The notes under the pieces were generated by a model, which worked only from the letters and a program-made list of their open reading frames with translations, ran no database searches and was not told the origin of the DNA. Below are positions 19,618 through 30,211 of a DNA stretch of 64,000 nucleotides, piece by piece. Position 1 is the first letter of the stretch. Each line of letters begins with the position of its first letter. The stretch is from the IMG/VR virus record IMGVR_UViG_3300021976_000006, positions 30,232 through 94,231 of that record; one strand, 5' to 3'. The translations under genes and the position numbers were made by a program. This DNA comes from a virus.

Positions 19618-21051
19618 TTACGCCGCAAGGATCAATTCTCCGCAGCTCATTGGATTTTGAAGCATGATACCAGTTTCAGCCAAAGCATGTACTGCATATC
19701 CATCAAATGTACTAGATCCCAATCTTGATGCTGAAGTTGAGTGACCAGCAGGTGATGTTGAACCACCAGTGTACCACATTACAGCTTCACGATCTTTCTT
19801 AGCAACTTTCATGATGTTAGATTCACCGTTATACATTCCATAATCAATAAAGGTTGCTCTATATGATTCTACTGGACGACCAGTAAGTGGATTTAATTTA
19901 CGATTATGAATTGGATCATCATACAAAGGTTGATGTACTACTGTCATTTCAATTCCATTAATACCTTTATAAGTTAAGAACTGACCGCCTAATGTAAGGT
20001 TTTGTCCTGAACCAGTAATAAATGTTGAATCTACCAATGTCCATCCTTTAATTGATTCTTTCATTGCTCTATCAAAAGCATCCATGAAACCCCAACCAGC
20101 CATAGCGATGAATTTAGCATCACCATCACCTTTAACATTATATGTTAAATCGATCATAAATTCACGAATAACATTCTCTGTCAATTGAGTATAGTACCTT
20201 TTGTTAGAAGGTGAAATTTGCTGACGCAAACCTGCACCAATATAAACTGGACGACCAGTTTCTCCTTTTAGACTTACTGAACCATTTGGATTAGCATTAT
20301 ACACTGAGTACAATTGTGATCTATCCAATTCACGATACCATTGTGCAAGGAAAGTCCATTCCTGAACATCAGCCCATAAGAAAGAAGATTTACCTGAAGC
20401 AGGATCTTTCATTACAATAGCCATAACATCTGTTTGAGCTGAACCAGTGATCTCACGTGTTTTACGTTGAGTAGTCAAATGATTCCTCATTTCAAATGGA
20501 CTACCATAAGTAGTAATACCTGATCTGCTAGATCCTTCTTCAAATGCTGAGTAATCTTTCGAGAACTCTTTACCAGCCGCAATTAGAGCAGGTGGAATAA
20601 AAGCAGCTGAATCTGGATTAAGAAGCCTTAAGGTGTAAATAAATCCTTCTCCATCTTGAATTGCATCTCCCTCTACGATAACAGGATACTCTCTGTCATC
20701 TGGAATAAGCACCTCACCGGAAACAAATTCTTTTTCTGCTAGTACTACTCTAAAAGTTTGATTATACAAACCTGGAGTAGATCCACCATCACCTAGATTC
20801 CTTAATACTTTAATTGGTCTTTCTAAATCACCAATAAGTCTCCAACCATATTCTCTGTTGTTAAGTATTCTAGTTCTACCAAGACCACCAGTAAACAAAG
20901 ACAATGGGTTCTTGTATTTCCAACCAAACACAAATGATAGTGTGTTATTAACCATTTCTGGTTCAGTTAGGAATGCAGTAGCCAAGTTATTGGTATCTGT
21001 AAGTCCTGCAAACTTTTTACCTTGATAAAGTTGTAAATTGTTTACGTTCAT
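19618..21051 (-). CDS. Major capsid protein (crAss-like HK97 fold)
   Basis: 477 aa; GLTDTNNL, GRPVYIGAGLRQQI, HQPLYDD...P.TGRPVESYR, GIML.NP motifs; strongly biased codon usage. Confidence 0.9.
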   Translation of the reverse strand: MNVNNLQLYQGKKFAGLTDTNNLATAFLTEPEMVNNTLSFVFGWKYKNPLSLFTGGLGRTRILNNREYGWRLIGDLERPIKVLRNLGDGGSTPGLYNQTFRVVLAEKEFVSGEVLIPDDREYPVIVEGDAIQDGEGFIYTLRLLNPDSAAFIPPALIAAGKEFSKDYSAFEEGSSRSGITTYGSPFEMRNHLTTQRKTREITGSAQTDVMAIVMKDPASGKSSFLWADVQEWTFLAQWYRELDRSQLYSVYNANPNGSVSLKGETGRPVYIGAGLRQQISPSNKRYYTQLTENVIREFMIDLTYNVKGDGDAKFIAMAGWGFMDAFDRAMKESIKGWTLVDSTFITGSGQNLTLGGQFLTYKGINGIEMTVVHQPLYDDPIHNRKLNPLTGRPVESYRATFIDYGMYNGESNIMKVAKKDREAVMWYTGGSTSPAGHSTSASRLGSSTFDGYAVHALAETGIMLQNPMSCGELILAA

Positions 21052-21085
21052 TATTTATTATTTAATTTTTAATTTATTTATTTGT

Positions 21086-22153
21086 TTATTTACGTTTTGG
21101 AATAAATGATTTAAATGCATCAAAATTACTCTCTTCTTTTGGATCACTTGAACTTTTACCACCTTTAACAGTTGTTTCATTATTCTTTAATGTCCAATTC
21201 AGTTTTTTAGTTAATGCTGTAGCTCCTGCTTTTTTAGCTGAACTAAAATCATATTTTTTATACTTAAGATAAGCTAACTCTAATTGTATTTTAACTGGAT
21301 CTGCTTGATATTCTCTTTCATAATCTGTTAAACCATCTTTGCCTCTTACTAATAGATATTTCCTAAAAGCATCTTTCTCTGCTTTAGTAACATCTAATCC
21401 TGCTAGACTTTCTGAACTATCAATTGTATTACTAACTGTATGAATATATTGATTATACTGTTCTTTTTGTGCTTCTGCTTGAAGCTCTTGATTCTTTAAT
21501 AGAATCTCAGTTTGTTTCTCAAAAGCTTTTTCTAATTGCTTAGCAGCAATCTTAGATTGTTTATCAAGTATCAAACCATCTTTATAATCAGTTACGGTTT
21601 CTTTAATTTCTTCAGCAGTATAATTTTGAAGTTTTAGATACTCAGTTAATACTCTTTCTTGATCTGCTTCAGAATCTAAATCTAATGTATTTAAATCTAG
21701 TGGTTTCTGAAGAGTTTCAAGATATTTATTAATATCACCACCTTTCTCTAGATAATCTAAGAATTGTCTTCCTTGTTCAGGAATTGATTCTTTGTATTGA
21801 TTAATACCTGTTTCAATTGTTTTCTTAACTGATTCATATACTACATCAACATTATCTGGAATATCTTCTTTATCCTCAAAAGTTACTAAACCTTCATCAC
21901 TTAAATGTGATAGAAAAGCTTTATAAGAAAATGCTGGAATCTCATCATCTGATTCTTCCTCTTCTGACTCTTCTTGATTTTCTTTCTCTTCTTCTTTTTC
22001 CTCTACTGGTGGTACAAAAGTATCATCTGTCTCTATACCATCTAAAGTATTGATAGTTTCAATTCCATCATCAGTTCCATCATTAATAATTTGAGATTCT
22101 TGTTCTTCAAATCCATCTAGGAAACTACTTGTTTCGTTTATTGTTTCTAACAT
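21086..22153 (-). CDS. Putative scaffolding protein
   Basis: Acidic, coiled-coil 355 aa protein between portal and MCP. Confidence 0.55.
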   Translation of the reverse strand: MLETINETSSFLDGFEEQESQIINDGTDDGIETINTLDGIETDDTFVPPVEEKEEEKENQEESEEEESDDEIPAFSYKAFLSHLSDEGLVTFEDKEDIPDNVDVVYESVKKTIETGINQYKESIPEQGRQFLDYLEKGGDINKYLETLQKPLDLNTLDLDSEADQERVLTEYLKLQNYTAEEIKETVTDYKDGLILDKQSKIAAKQLEKAFEKQTEILLKNQELQAEAQKEQYNQYIHTVSNTIDSSESLAGLDVTKAEKDAFRKYLLVRGKDGLTDYEREYQADPVKIQLELAYLKYKKYDFSSAKKAGATALTKKLNWTLKNNETTVKGGKSSSDPKEESNFDAFKSFIPKRK

Positions 22154-22232
22154 AGTGCAAAATTACTATTTATTTTTTAATATAAAAAATTTTATTACTC
22201 TTTTTATTTATTTGTTAATATTTCTATAGCTT

Positions 22233-24602
22233 TTATGAAGATTTAGGTTTTGACCTAGCTTTAATTTTATCTGCTGCTATCTTTTTTTCAGCTATTTCTT
22301 TATCATTTTTCATTTTCTCACGCTCAACTTGAAGTTTTCTATTTTCAAGATCCATTTTATCTGAGTGTTCAGCTGCCGCTTGATCTAATTTATCATATTC
22401 TACAATATCTGGAATACCATTATTATCAGTATCTTCAGTAGCACTATTATTAACACCACCAAAGGTTTTAATATATGTGATCTCTTTATTAATATCACCT
22501 TTAATAACTTCACGATTATCCAAACGATCTTGTAGATCAGATTGCATTTTAGCTTGAGCTTCCAACATCTGTTGTTGTAGAGCTTGTGCTTGTTGTCCTT
22601 CTTCTTGTCTTTGTGCATCTGCTCTTGCTTCAGCTCTTTTAACAGTATTTTTAATATCTGCCACTGAATCAGAATCAAATATAGCTACTAACTCTGTAAG
22701 TGATATAATACCTGAAGCTACTGCTTGTTGAGCAATCATCTTAAGATCTTCTAGAACTTTAACTTCTTTAGAAGTATTAGTAACAAAGACACCATAATCA
22801 GCATTTCTAAAATCATCACTGATTTCTAAAAATACTCTTGTCATATCATCACCAATATAATTTATCTTTTTACCTTCTGGTAATGCTACTTTAGCACATT
22901 CTATAAGTTGAGTAAGTACGTGCTTCTTAACTTCATTATGTACATAGAATAAAGGCTCTGTAATATGAGAAGATTGTACTACTGACCTTTCTACTCCACC
23001 AACTGTTTCAGATGAACTAATAGCTCCCTGACGTTGTTTAGATACACCTATCAATGAATCACATTGATCTTCTATCTTATTTAATATCATTAGATACTGA
23101 CCTACTGATTGAGATAAACTCATATCAACAGCTGTAAATTGATTAAATTGGGAAGTCTGTCCTTGGAATTTACCTTTACCTTCTTCAAATGAATTAATAA
23201 AAGCAATACCCATACTATCAAAATAGTACATCCATTTCTCAAGATCAATACCTTGTGATCGTGGTATCTGAGCTAAATCCATTACCATTTTTTTACCTTT
23301 GGCTTTAGCTATCTCAAACTCCATACGATACATTATAATGTTATATAGATACTGATGATGTTTAACTAGATCAACTAATGATGTAGCTTCTGAATTTCTT
23401 CCATTATATACAGTACCAACATATCCAAGTTTACATTGTGAAGGATTATCGATACTTCTGTATTGTACAGATTTAGGTCTAATCCTAACATAGATGTCTC
23501 CACCTATTTTAGTACCTTCCCATACTTCATTAATCCATACCCAGTTAACTGTTTCACCTCTATCTTCTTGAACCTTATATGTTTCATCTACAATAGTTTC
23601 TTGTTCTTCTAAGTTATCATCATAATAACATAAGAATCCAATCTTACGTAGAGATTTCCATTCAACTCTAATTACAGGAATATAATTAGCCATTGAACTT
23701 TGATTCTGATTAGATGGTGCTGTATAAGTAATATCGATTTTACCATCAGAAGGATCTAATCCTAAATTAGTAGATCTGAAACTATTAGTTTCTATTTGAT
23801 CTACTTCTCCTGGTGTTAAGTCATCGTAATAACTATCAATAACCTCAGAGCATGTACAGTACTTAGTATGTGCAGCCCATTGACCGTCTTGTATATAATC
23901 TAAATCTGGATTTTTATCATATCTAAAATCTAATGGATTTACTACTTCAACTATTGGAGACGATGATTCTATACCAACATAATAGTATTCTTTAGCTGAT
24001 ATACATAAGTCTTTAAATCCTTTATTAAATTTATATAATAGGTTTTGTTCAGGTATCAAGTACTTAGCAATCTTATTAGCTACTGACTCTCTTACATCAG
24101 CATCAGAGTAAGTCATATACTTCTCAATTTCTTCAGGAGTCATAGCTTGCTCAGGATTCTCAATATTTACACCTTGTTGCATTAAATCACCAACTAACTC
24201 TGATTCTAAATACTGTAATAAAAGTTCTTTACGCTTTTCTTGTATTTGAGATACAGCTTCTGAATTAACAGCCGCTACTCTAAAGTTAAATGGTCTTTTA
24301 ATTTCTTCACCTTCTAATAGTTTAATCTTAGAAGTTATAATATTATAGTTATTTAAACGGGCAGGAAACTCATCTGCAAATCCATATGGATTAGTAACAT
24401 AAGCAAAGTCCTTCTTATCTATAATATTGTTATACAAATCATAGTTAATTCTATCTTTAGCAAATAGAGCTGTATTAGTAACTCCTGCCATTCTGATAAC
24501 ATTTTCTACATTCTGTATTCCCCAGTCTTTATTTTTCTTTGATCTAGCGATCTTCTGTCTAGGTGATAAATTATCACTGGGTATTAAAACTGAATTCGTC
24601 AT
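22233..24602 (-). CDS. Portal protein
   Basis: 789 aa; NYNII..KI..L.GEE.KRP, WINEVWEG, GVSKQRQG motifs; between terminase and MCP. Confidence 0.9.
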   Translation of the reverse strand: MTNSVLIPSDNLSPRQKIARSKKNKDWGIQNVENVIRMAGVTNTALFAKDRINYDLYNNIIDKKDFAYVTNPYGFADEFPARLNNYNIITSKIKLLEGEEIKRPFNFRVAAVNSEAVSQIQEKRKELLLQYLESELVGDLMQQGVNIENPEQAMTPEEIEKYMTYSDADVRESVANKIAKYLIPEQNLLYKFNKGFKDLCISAKEYYYVGIESSSPIVEVVNPLDFRYDKNPDLDYIQDGQWAAHTKYCTCSEVIDSYYDDLTPGEVDQIETNSFRSTNLGLDPSDGKIDITYTAPSNQNQSSMANYIPVIRVEWKSLRKIGFLCYYDDNLEEQETIVDETYKVQEDRGETVNWVWINEVWEGTKIGGDIYVRIRPKSVQYRSIDNPSQCKLGYVGTVYNGRNSEATSLVDLVKHHQYLYNIIMYRMEFEIAKAKGKKMVMDLAQIPRSQGIDLEKWMYYFDSMGIAFINSFEEGKGKFQGQTSQFNQFTAVDMSLSQSVGQYLMILNKIEDQCDSLIGVSKQRQGAISSSETVGGVERSVVQSSHITEPLFYVHNEVKKHVLTQLIECAKVALPEGKKINYIGDDMTRVFLEISDDFRNADYGVFVTNTSKEVKVLEDLKMIAQQAVASGIISLTELVAIFDSDSVADIKNTVKRAEARADAQRQEEGQQAQALQQQMLEAQAKMQSDLQDRLDNREVIKGDINKEITYIKTFGGVNNSATEDTDNNGIPDIVEYDKLDQAAAEHSDKMDLENRKLQVEREKMKNDKEIAEKKIAADKIKARSKPKSS

Positions 24603-24626
24603 TTGTAATTAATTATTTTGTGAAAT

Positions 24627-26798
24627 CTAAACAAATAGTTTCTTTGTAAAGAATTTATCCATTGATGATTCTTCTTGTGCTTCTTCAACTGTTATATTAT
24701 GCATCTCTACAGCTTGTAGTATACATAAGGCAAATGATATAAATCTATCAAAGTTACCTTCATCATTGTAAGCTATCAACTCTGTTAATAAAGGAATTGA
24801 TAATATCTTAGTAAGTTGTAGAATACCTGGCTCTATTTCTTCTTTAAGCCAATCTCTCATCTTAATTTCTAAATCATCTTTAATCTGTTTACTCATATGA
24901 ATACCATAACCACGTTCTACCTTACTAGAAGGAGATATTGATTTAATAATATTAGGTTGAGTATGCAATAAATGTAAACAATTTCTTGTTTGAAAATATT
25001 GTTTTAATCCTGTATTTTGATTTTCATATAATGCTCTACATTGATACCATTCTAATAATCTCCTACATTGTTCATAGAAGTCATTAGCAAAATCAGGTCT
25101 ACCAGTATATTCTGCAACTGGTAAATTATATGTTTGTCCTGAGTGTACAAATCTTTTGTATATGAAGATAGAACCATATGAAACAGAGTTCTCTGCTTTA
25201 TCTTGATCATAAGGGTCAATCCCTGCAATATATTGTCCATAACCAATAGTCTCTGTAGGTTCTTCCCACACAACTACTGCTCCTTTAGGATCTACTGATT
25301 TATTAGTAGGATATGTAGCAGGTATTAAATCTTCACCTTTAAAGTAAGCTTTACCATCTGATGAACTTCTATACATCCATCCTGGAGTACCAAGTGATTT
25401 CTTTCTCTCTGTTGACTCTAAACTAGCAAGATGCTCCTTTAGTTCTGCTACAGGAAATAAGTTACCTGTAAGTACTAAGAATGCTTCTGATGGAAGAACA
25501 GGTCTATTCTGTAACTCTGAATATAAAGGCTGTTTAGATTTACCATTAGCTAATTTCTCTCTTTCTTTTACTAGATATTCCTTAGCAGCTTGTTCATTAG
25601 TAATTCCCTCTTCATCTTTGTACTGATTGAGTGTCTTCCACGCAGGTACAAAATAACCAATTTTTCCTTTATTCTCAAATTCATCATCAAAAACTAAACA
25701 GTCATATGCTTCAGGGTCATAGAATACTTTTTTAACAGCTTCTGTTGTACCACCTTCCATATCACCACCTGTACCAAACATCCATATAGTACCAAATTTC
25801 TCAGCACCATTTGCAGTACATTCTTTTAAAGCACCTAGAGCTGCCTCTAAGTTACCCATAAATCCTATCTCTTCTAAAGCAGTAAAACCAGGCCTTGTAC
25901 CATTGGCTGCTAATGGATTATCTTTAAAAGATCTATGATAAATCATAGACTTACTTCCTTTTTTAATCCAAGTATCTCCTACTTTAGTTTCATACTCAGC
26001 AACAATAGTTTTACCTGATTGCCAAGTACCTGAGTATTTCTTTAACATTGGTGCTGGATAATATCTATCACCCATCTCTACACCACCTGTAAGGTTCTCA
26101 AAACCTAATATAACTTTCTTAATTAAACCAGAGCTGTATTTAGTATCAATAGCACCAATAAGTGTTTCTGATTTTGGTTTAGCTCTTAAGTCATCATACC
26201 AAAATACTCCATCATGCAAAAAGTTCCAACCTATTAAGTTAGAACCAAAGAATGATTTACCTCCACCCCTAGATTCTATATCTACTACATTTCTAGCTTG
26301 GTTTTCCATAAGTGGTCTACCTAGATTACCTTCATGTATCTTCTGGAGATATTCTCTAGCTTCTACATATTGTATCTCTTTAAACCTTCTACTGTTCTCT
26401 CTGATAAGTTCATAATCTGATTCAGTAGGACTTATAATCCTTTTGTTCTCAAACTCATCATAGAACATTGCAGAGTCTTTTAATTCTCTGTCACATGTAT
26501 GGTAGTTATCATGTTCAAAGCCAGAGAATCCTCTAGCTTCTAAAAATAATCTACCTTTTTCCCATTCAAGATCTCTTAAGAAAGGATGGTCAATAACCTT
26601 CTGTTTAGAGTTCTTTCCTTTATTTAATTCAATCTTCCAATGGTTTATATATTGGTAAACTGGACCAGGCATATATTTACCCCCAACCCAGTATCCCTCT
26701 ATACATCTTCGTCTTTCTTCTTTCCAGAAAGATCTATATTCCATAGATAAAGGATTTAATCTCTCTATCTGTGTTTTAAATAATGCGTTATTAATCAT
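24627..26798 (-). CDS. terL: Terminase large subunit
   Basis: Walker A SRGGGKS, Walker B LEEIG, FGTGG, nuclease GIDPYD ... NFDRF. Confidence 0.92.
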   Translation of the reverse strand: MINNALFKTQIERLNPLSMEYRSFWKEERRRCIEGYWVGGKYMPGPVYQYINHWKIELNKGKNSKQKVIDHPFLRDLEWEKGRLFLEARGFSGFEHDNYHTCDRELKDSAMFYDEFENKRIISPTESDYELIRENSRRFKEIQYVEAREYLQKIHEGNLGRPLMENQARNVVDIESRGGGKSFFGSNLIGWNFLHDGVFWYDDLRAKPKSETLIGAIDTKYSSGLIKKVILGFENLTGGVEMGDRYYPAPMLKKYSGTWQSGKTIVAEYETKVGDTWIKKGSKSMIYHRSFKDNPLAANGTRPGFTALEEIGFMGNLEAALGALKECTANGAEKFGTIWMFGTGGDMEGGTTEAVKKVFYDPEAYDCLVFDDEFENKGKIGYFVPAWKTLNQYKDEEGITNEQAAKEYLVKEREKLANGKSKQPLYSELQNRPVLPSEAFLVLTGNLFPVAELKEHLASLESTERKKSLGTPGWMYRSSSDGKAYFKGEDLIPATYPTNKSVDPKGAVVVWEEPTETIGYGQYIAGIDPYDQDKAENSVSYGSIFIYKRFVHSGQTYNLPVAEYTGRPDFANDFYEQCRRLLEWYQCRALYENQNTGLKQYFQTRNCLHLLHTQPNIIKSISPSSKVERGYGIHMSKQIKDDLEIKMRDWLKEEIEPGILQLTKILSIPLLTELIAYNDEGNFDRFISFALCILQAVEMHNITVEEAQEESSMDKFFTKKLFV

Positions 26799-27048
26799 AG
26801 TTTATATTCTTTCCAAAGTCTTCAATGTCTACAACTTTTCCTGCTTTACTCATTATTGCTTGTAAATGCTGTTCTATATATTCAGAACAAAAAGTTTCAA
26901 TCATTGCTAACCCTAGATTAGCATCATCTAATCTATTCTTTAATAGTTTTAAATCAGCTTCTTTTGTATATATTTCATTCTTTAATAATCTAATTTGTGT
27001 ATTTAAACTATCTCTAAATCGAACTATATCTTCATGTGTATATTCCAT
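26791..27048 (-). CDS. Hypothetical coiled-coil protein
   Basis: ORF coupled to terL. Confidence 0.45.
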   Translation of the reverse strand: MEYTHEDIVRFRDSLNTQIRLLKNEIYTKEADLKLLKNRLDDANLGLAMIETFCSEYIEQHLQAIMSKAGKVVDIEDFGKNINYD

Positions 27049-27051
27049 ATA

Positions 27052-27576
27052 TTATATTTCTTCACTATCAGCTAATGAAGGTTGAGCATTACTCTTAGTA
27101 GTACCTTGTCCTTCTTGTTTATCCATAGCAGCTTGTAGTTTATCAAAGGTAGCAAGTAGAGCTGAAGTATTAGCAGCCATCTTATCTAACTTATCATAAT
27201 TATCTATATCATAATCCATCTTTCTAAGGAAGTTAGTTCTCTTCTCTATAGTTTCTACCCATTGTCTATAATGACGCCTAAAAGCAGTATCTGATATAGA
27301 CTCCCATCTAGTTATTGCACCAGATATCTTTATCTTATTATTCTTATAAAAGTCTTTATCTTTCAAATAATCTTTACCAAGAAGTTCTGTTTTATCTTTC
27401 TCAGGCATATTAAAGAATTTAGAACCAGTATCAAAAGCTAATACTATAAACCACATCACATCTGATGAATTGGTATAGTCTTTCTGTAATTTCTTAAACT
27501 CTTCTACTTTCTTTAAATCTGGATATAGTTTCCAGAAGTTAAATTCTGGATCTATTGTATGTAGTATTTTACTCAT
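27052..27576 (-). CDS. Hypothetical protein upstream of terL (possible small terminase)
   Basis: Helical 174 aa protein; assignment by position only. Confidence 0.3.
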   Translation of the reverse strand: MSKILHTIDPEFNFWKLYPDLKKVEEFKKLQKDYTNSSDVMWFIVLAFDTGSKFFNMPEKDKTELLGKDYLKDKDFYKNNKIKISGAITRWESISDTAFRRHYRQWVETIEKRTNFLRKMDYDIDNYDKLDKMAANTSALLATFDKLQAAMDKQEGQGTTKSNAQPSLADSEEI

Positions 27577-27808
27577 CCTTTTTAATCATTGAATATTTAT
27601 CAAAGAATAATCTTATTAATAATCCCATATCTTCTGGGTTACCAGTATATTTATTATCTTTATTATATATTAGAGAAGGTCCAATTTTAGTATAAGCTGT
27701 TTCTTCTTTGATAGGATTCATGTAAACTATTTTTAATTCAGCTTCATCTGGTAATTCTTCTATAACTTCTCTTAAATGACCTATTGTCATATATTTGTAT
27801 TTACTCAT
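27569..27808 (-). CDS. Hypothetical protein
   Basis: Overlapping start/stop packing in the operon. Confidence 0.5.
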   Translation of the reverse strand: MSKYKYMTIGHLREVIEELPDEAELKIVYMNPIKEETAYTKIGPSLIYNKDNKYTGNPEDMGLLIRLFFDKYSMIKKDE

Positions 27809-27809
27809 A

Positions 27810-28139
27810 TTAATAAAATTTGAATCCTACTGATTTGTTAATTGTATTATTAGTATTAAAGACAATAGGATCAATATCTCTATACCTACCTAATACTACA
27901 ATAGGATCTCTATTTCTAACACCAATCTCAGTTCTTTGTCTTCTGACATTACCTTTACTATTAAATACTTCTCTGACGTATGCAATATCATATTTCCATA
28001 CTTTCTCTTTAGTTTTAACAGCTCTTTTAACTAAGTGGTATTCATCATTATCTCCTTTGTCATATACATCACTAACTGAATAAAATTCTATGTAGTCTGT
28101 ATTTTTATATTTGGAGAAATCATACTCTTTGTTTATCAT
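27810..28139 (-). CDS. Hypothetical protein
   Basis: Operon packing. Confidence 0.5.
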   Translation of the reverse strand: MINKEYDFSKYKNTDYIEFYSVSDVYDKGDNDEYHLVKRAVKTKEKVWKYDIAYVREVFNSKGNVRRQRTEIGVRNRDPIVVLGRYRDIDPIVFNTNNTINKSVGFKFY

Positions 28140-28320
28140 CTAATCTCTTAATAGCATTAGGTTTAACGGCAAACTTTCCCCAGTAGTGTAGATGAACAGA
28201 TTGAAATTCACCTGCTTGCATAGTTTCAGCTACAAACTTAAACTCTGTTCTAACAGCTTTTTCTACAATCTCTTCATCTATACCTAATCTACCAGCGATT
28301 ATCTTTATAATATTATTCAT
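28120..28320 (-). CDS. Small HU/IHF-like protein
   Basis: Helix-helix N-terminus followed by VHLHYWGKFAVK, the HU motif equivalent of V.L.GFG.F. Confidence 0.6.
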   Translation of the reverse strand: MNNIIKIIAGRLGIDEEIVEKAVRTEFKFVAETMQAGEFQSVHLHYWGKFAVKPNAIKRLDDKQRV

Positions 28321-28720
28321 CTATTTTATCTATAGTATTAATATCAGTAGATACTTCCATTACTCTAGATGTATTTCTCTTAGTGGTTTCTTCTACATTA
28401 ATATCTTCAATAGGTTGACCATCAGTTACATATTCATAAATATCTCTTTTACATTTAACTAGAAAGTCTTTTAACTCACTAAAACCAGTATCTCCTAAAT
28501 GTGTAACAGGATAAGTAATTCTTTCTCCTGAATCAACTTGTTTAAAAGATTTCCAAAGAATCTTATTATTAATTCTTTTAGTATATTCATTATATCCTAT
28601 ATAAAGAAAATCTGTTTCATTAATTGGATATATCAGGGTATCATATTTTTTATCATACATAGATGATCTTTTACTAGGTTTAAAACCTAAAGAGATCATT
28701 TGCTGAGTAGTAAGAGCCAT
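28313..28720 (-). CDS. Hypothetical protein
   Basis: ORF track, operon packing. Confidence 0.5.
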   Translation of the reverse strand: MALTTQQMISLGFKPSKRSSMYDKKYDTLIYPINETDFLYIGYNEYTKRINNKILWKSFKQVDSGERITYPVTHLGDTGFSELKDFLVKCKRDIYEYVTDGQPIEDINVEETTKRNTSRVMEVSTDINTIDKIDE

Positions 28721-28721
28721 A

Positions 28722-28907
28722 TTATTCTTGTATTAAGTTAATGCTTAAGTAAAATCTATTATCTTTTGATACTGTTACTGTACTCTCATACTTATTAGCA
28801 ATACCTTTCTCTTCTATATATTGTTCTATTCTATCTTCAATAATATGTTGACGTTCTATCAACTCTTCCATGGAATCATAAGAGGTTCCAATTGTATCTA
28901 TAATCAT
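28722..28907 (-). CDS. Hypothetical protein
   Basis: ORF track, operon packing. Confidence 0.45.
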   Translation of the reverse strand: MIIDTIGTSYDSMEELIERQHIIEDRIEQYIEEKGIANKYESTVTVSKDNRFYLSINLIQE

Positions 28908-28909
28908 AT

Positions 28910-29284
28910 TTATAATTCTATTTTGAAACTAACTATATATGTACTATCAGTATCAGGTACATATACTCTAGGATGTACAATTTGAATATTATCTATCTTA
29001 GTTACGTAGTTTTTATCTCTAAGAGATTTCATAATGTTATTCAAATTGAAAGAAGAAATACCTAATGTGGTTCTAATCTCTTCTCTTGATAATGAACTAA
29101 ATATCATCTTAGATAGTTTATTATCTGCATAACCTTCTTTAGTATATTTAGATTGTAGTTTACATAACTCTGTAAGTACATCTAGTTCTCTATTAGTTAG
29201 ATTCATATGACCATTTAAGGTCTTTAAATAAACTTTGTAGAAATCTTTTAATTCTACTTTCCTTCTTAATATTTTTTCATTCAT
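28910..29284 (-). CDS. Winged-helix DNA-binding protein (RepL-like)
   Basis: LTNRELDVL...REEIRTTLGISSFNLNNIMKSLRDKNYV HTH pattern. Confidence 0.55.
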   Translation of the reverse strand: MNEKILRRKVELKDFYKVYLKTLNGHMNLTNRELDVLTELCKLQSKYTKEGYADNKLSKMIFSSLSREEIRTTLGISSFNLNNIMKSLRDKNYVTKIDNIQIVHPRVYVPDTDSTYIVSFKIEL

Positions 29285-29449
29285 AATTTAATATTTTAAA
29301 ACTAATTGTTTAAAGGTACAATTAGTAAAACCGGATGACCCCTAGCAGGATCATAGAGAAGACTAACTCTACTGATGTGATTACATCCCTTCTGTCTTTT
29401 TTAGGTGGGTTGAGTAGACTAACTCAACAAAATTTAAAGTCCTTTTAGG

Positions 29450-29522
29450 TAGCGGGTAGTGGATCTGCACCACTGATCTCCGGGTAATGAGCCCAGCGAG
29501 ATAACTACTTCTCTAACCCGCA
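29450..29522 (-). tRNA. tRNA-fMet (CAT), initiator type
   Basis: Reverse complement TGCGGGT...CTGGG CT CAT TA CCCGG...AGTGG TGCAGAT CCACT ACCCGCT A. Has three G-C pairs at the anticodon stem base and an unpaired 1:72 position. Confidence 0.85.
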
Positions 29523-29591
29523 CTATATTTTAAAACTAATACCTCATTTGTGGCTACTCACTTGTTAGGGCTCGAGTATTAGTTTTATATT

Positions 29592-29780
29592 TTAAAGTAT
29601 ATTAATTAATTCAGCTAATTTAACTTCAGCTTGATCTCTTAGTTTACCTTGAAGAATACCTTGTTGTAAAGGTTGTATTTGTACTTTCTCTCCAATAACT
29701 TCAGTAGACTTAAACTGTGGTACCATTACCATTGTACCTAAAGCTTTAATTAATATTTCTATCTTGTGTCCTGTTTCCAT
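29592..29780 (-). CDS. Hypothetical protein
   Basis: ORF preceded by a TATCTTTG promoter box at 29800-29807. Confidence 0.5.
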   Translation of the reverse strand: METGHKIEILIKALGTMVMVPQFKSTEVIGEKVQIQPLQQGILQGKLRDQAEVKLAELINIL

Positions 29781-29854
29781 AACTTAATTTATTATCCTAC
29801 AAAGATAAGTAAAAAAAATGAGAAAAACAAGTTTTCTCACAATTATTTTTTTTA

Positions 29855-30211
29855 TTATTTTAATTTATATTGTTTTATTAACTTCTGTAATTCAATATCA
29901 AGATGATAATAATGTTTAGAGTTAAACCTAACTATTTTAATACCATTGTTTCTACAGAAGATATTTTTGATATTATCATTAGTTTTATTCCTATGATATA
30001 ACTTACCATCATATTCTAATATTAAATTAGACTGAGGAAAGAAGAAATCATATCTATAATATCCTCCTTTAGGTGATGTAAAGCCTTTAAAGCTTACTTC
30101 TCTTTCGTACTTGATGTTATTCTTATTAAGAAAGTAAATGATTAAATCTTCAGCTTTAGAAGGTTCTACATTAGTAGTAAAGTATTGTAATTTAGACTTC
30201 TTTATCTTCAT
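29855..30211 (-). CDS. DUF559/Vsr-like PD-(D/E)xK endonuclease
   Basis: YRYDFFFPQSNLILEYDGKLYH...KNIFC...GIKIVRF. Confidence 0.75.
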   Translation of the reverse strand: MKIKKSKLQYFTTNVEPSKAEDLIIYFLNKNNIKYEREVSFKGFTSPKGGYYRYDFFFPQSNLILEYDGKLYHRNKTNDNIKNIFCRNNGIKIVRFNSKHYYHLDIELQKLIKQYKLK

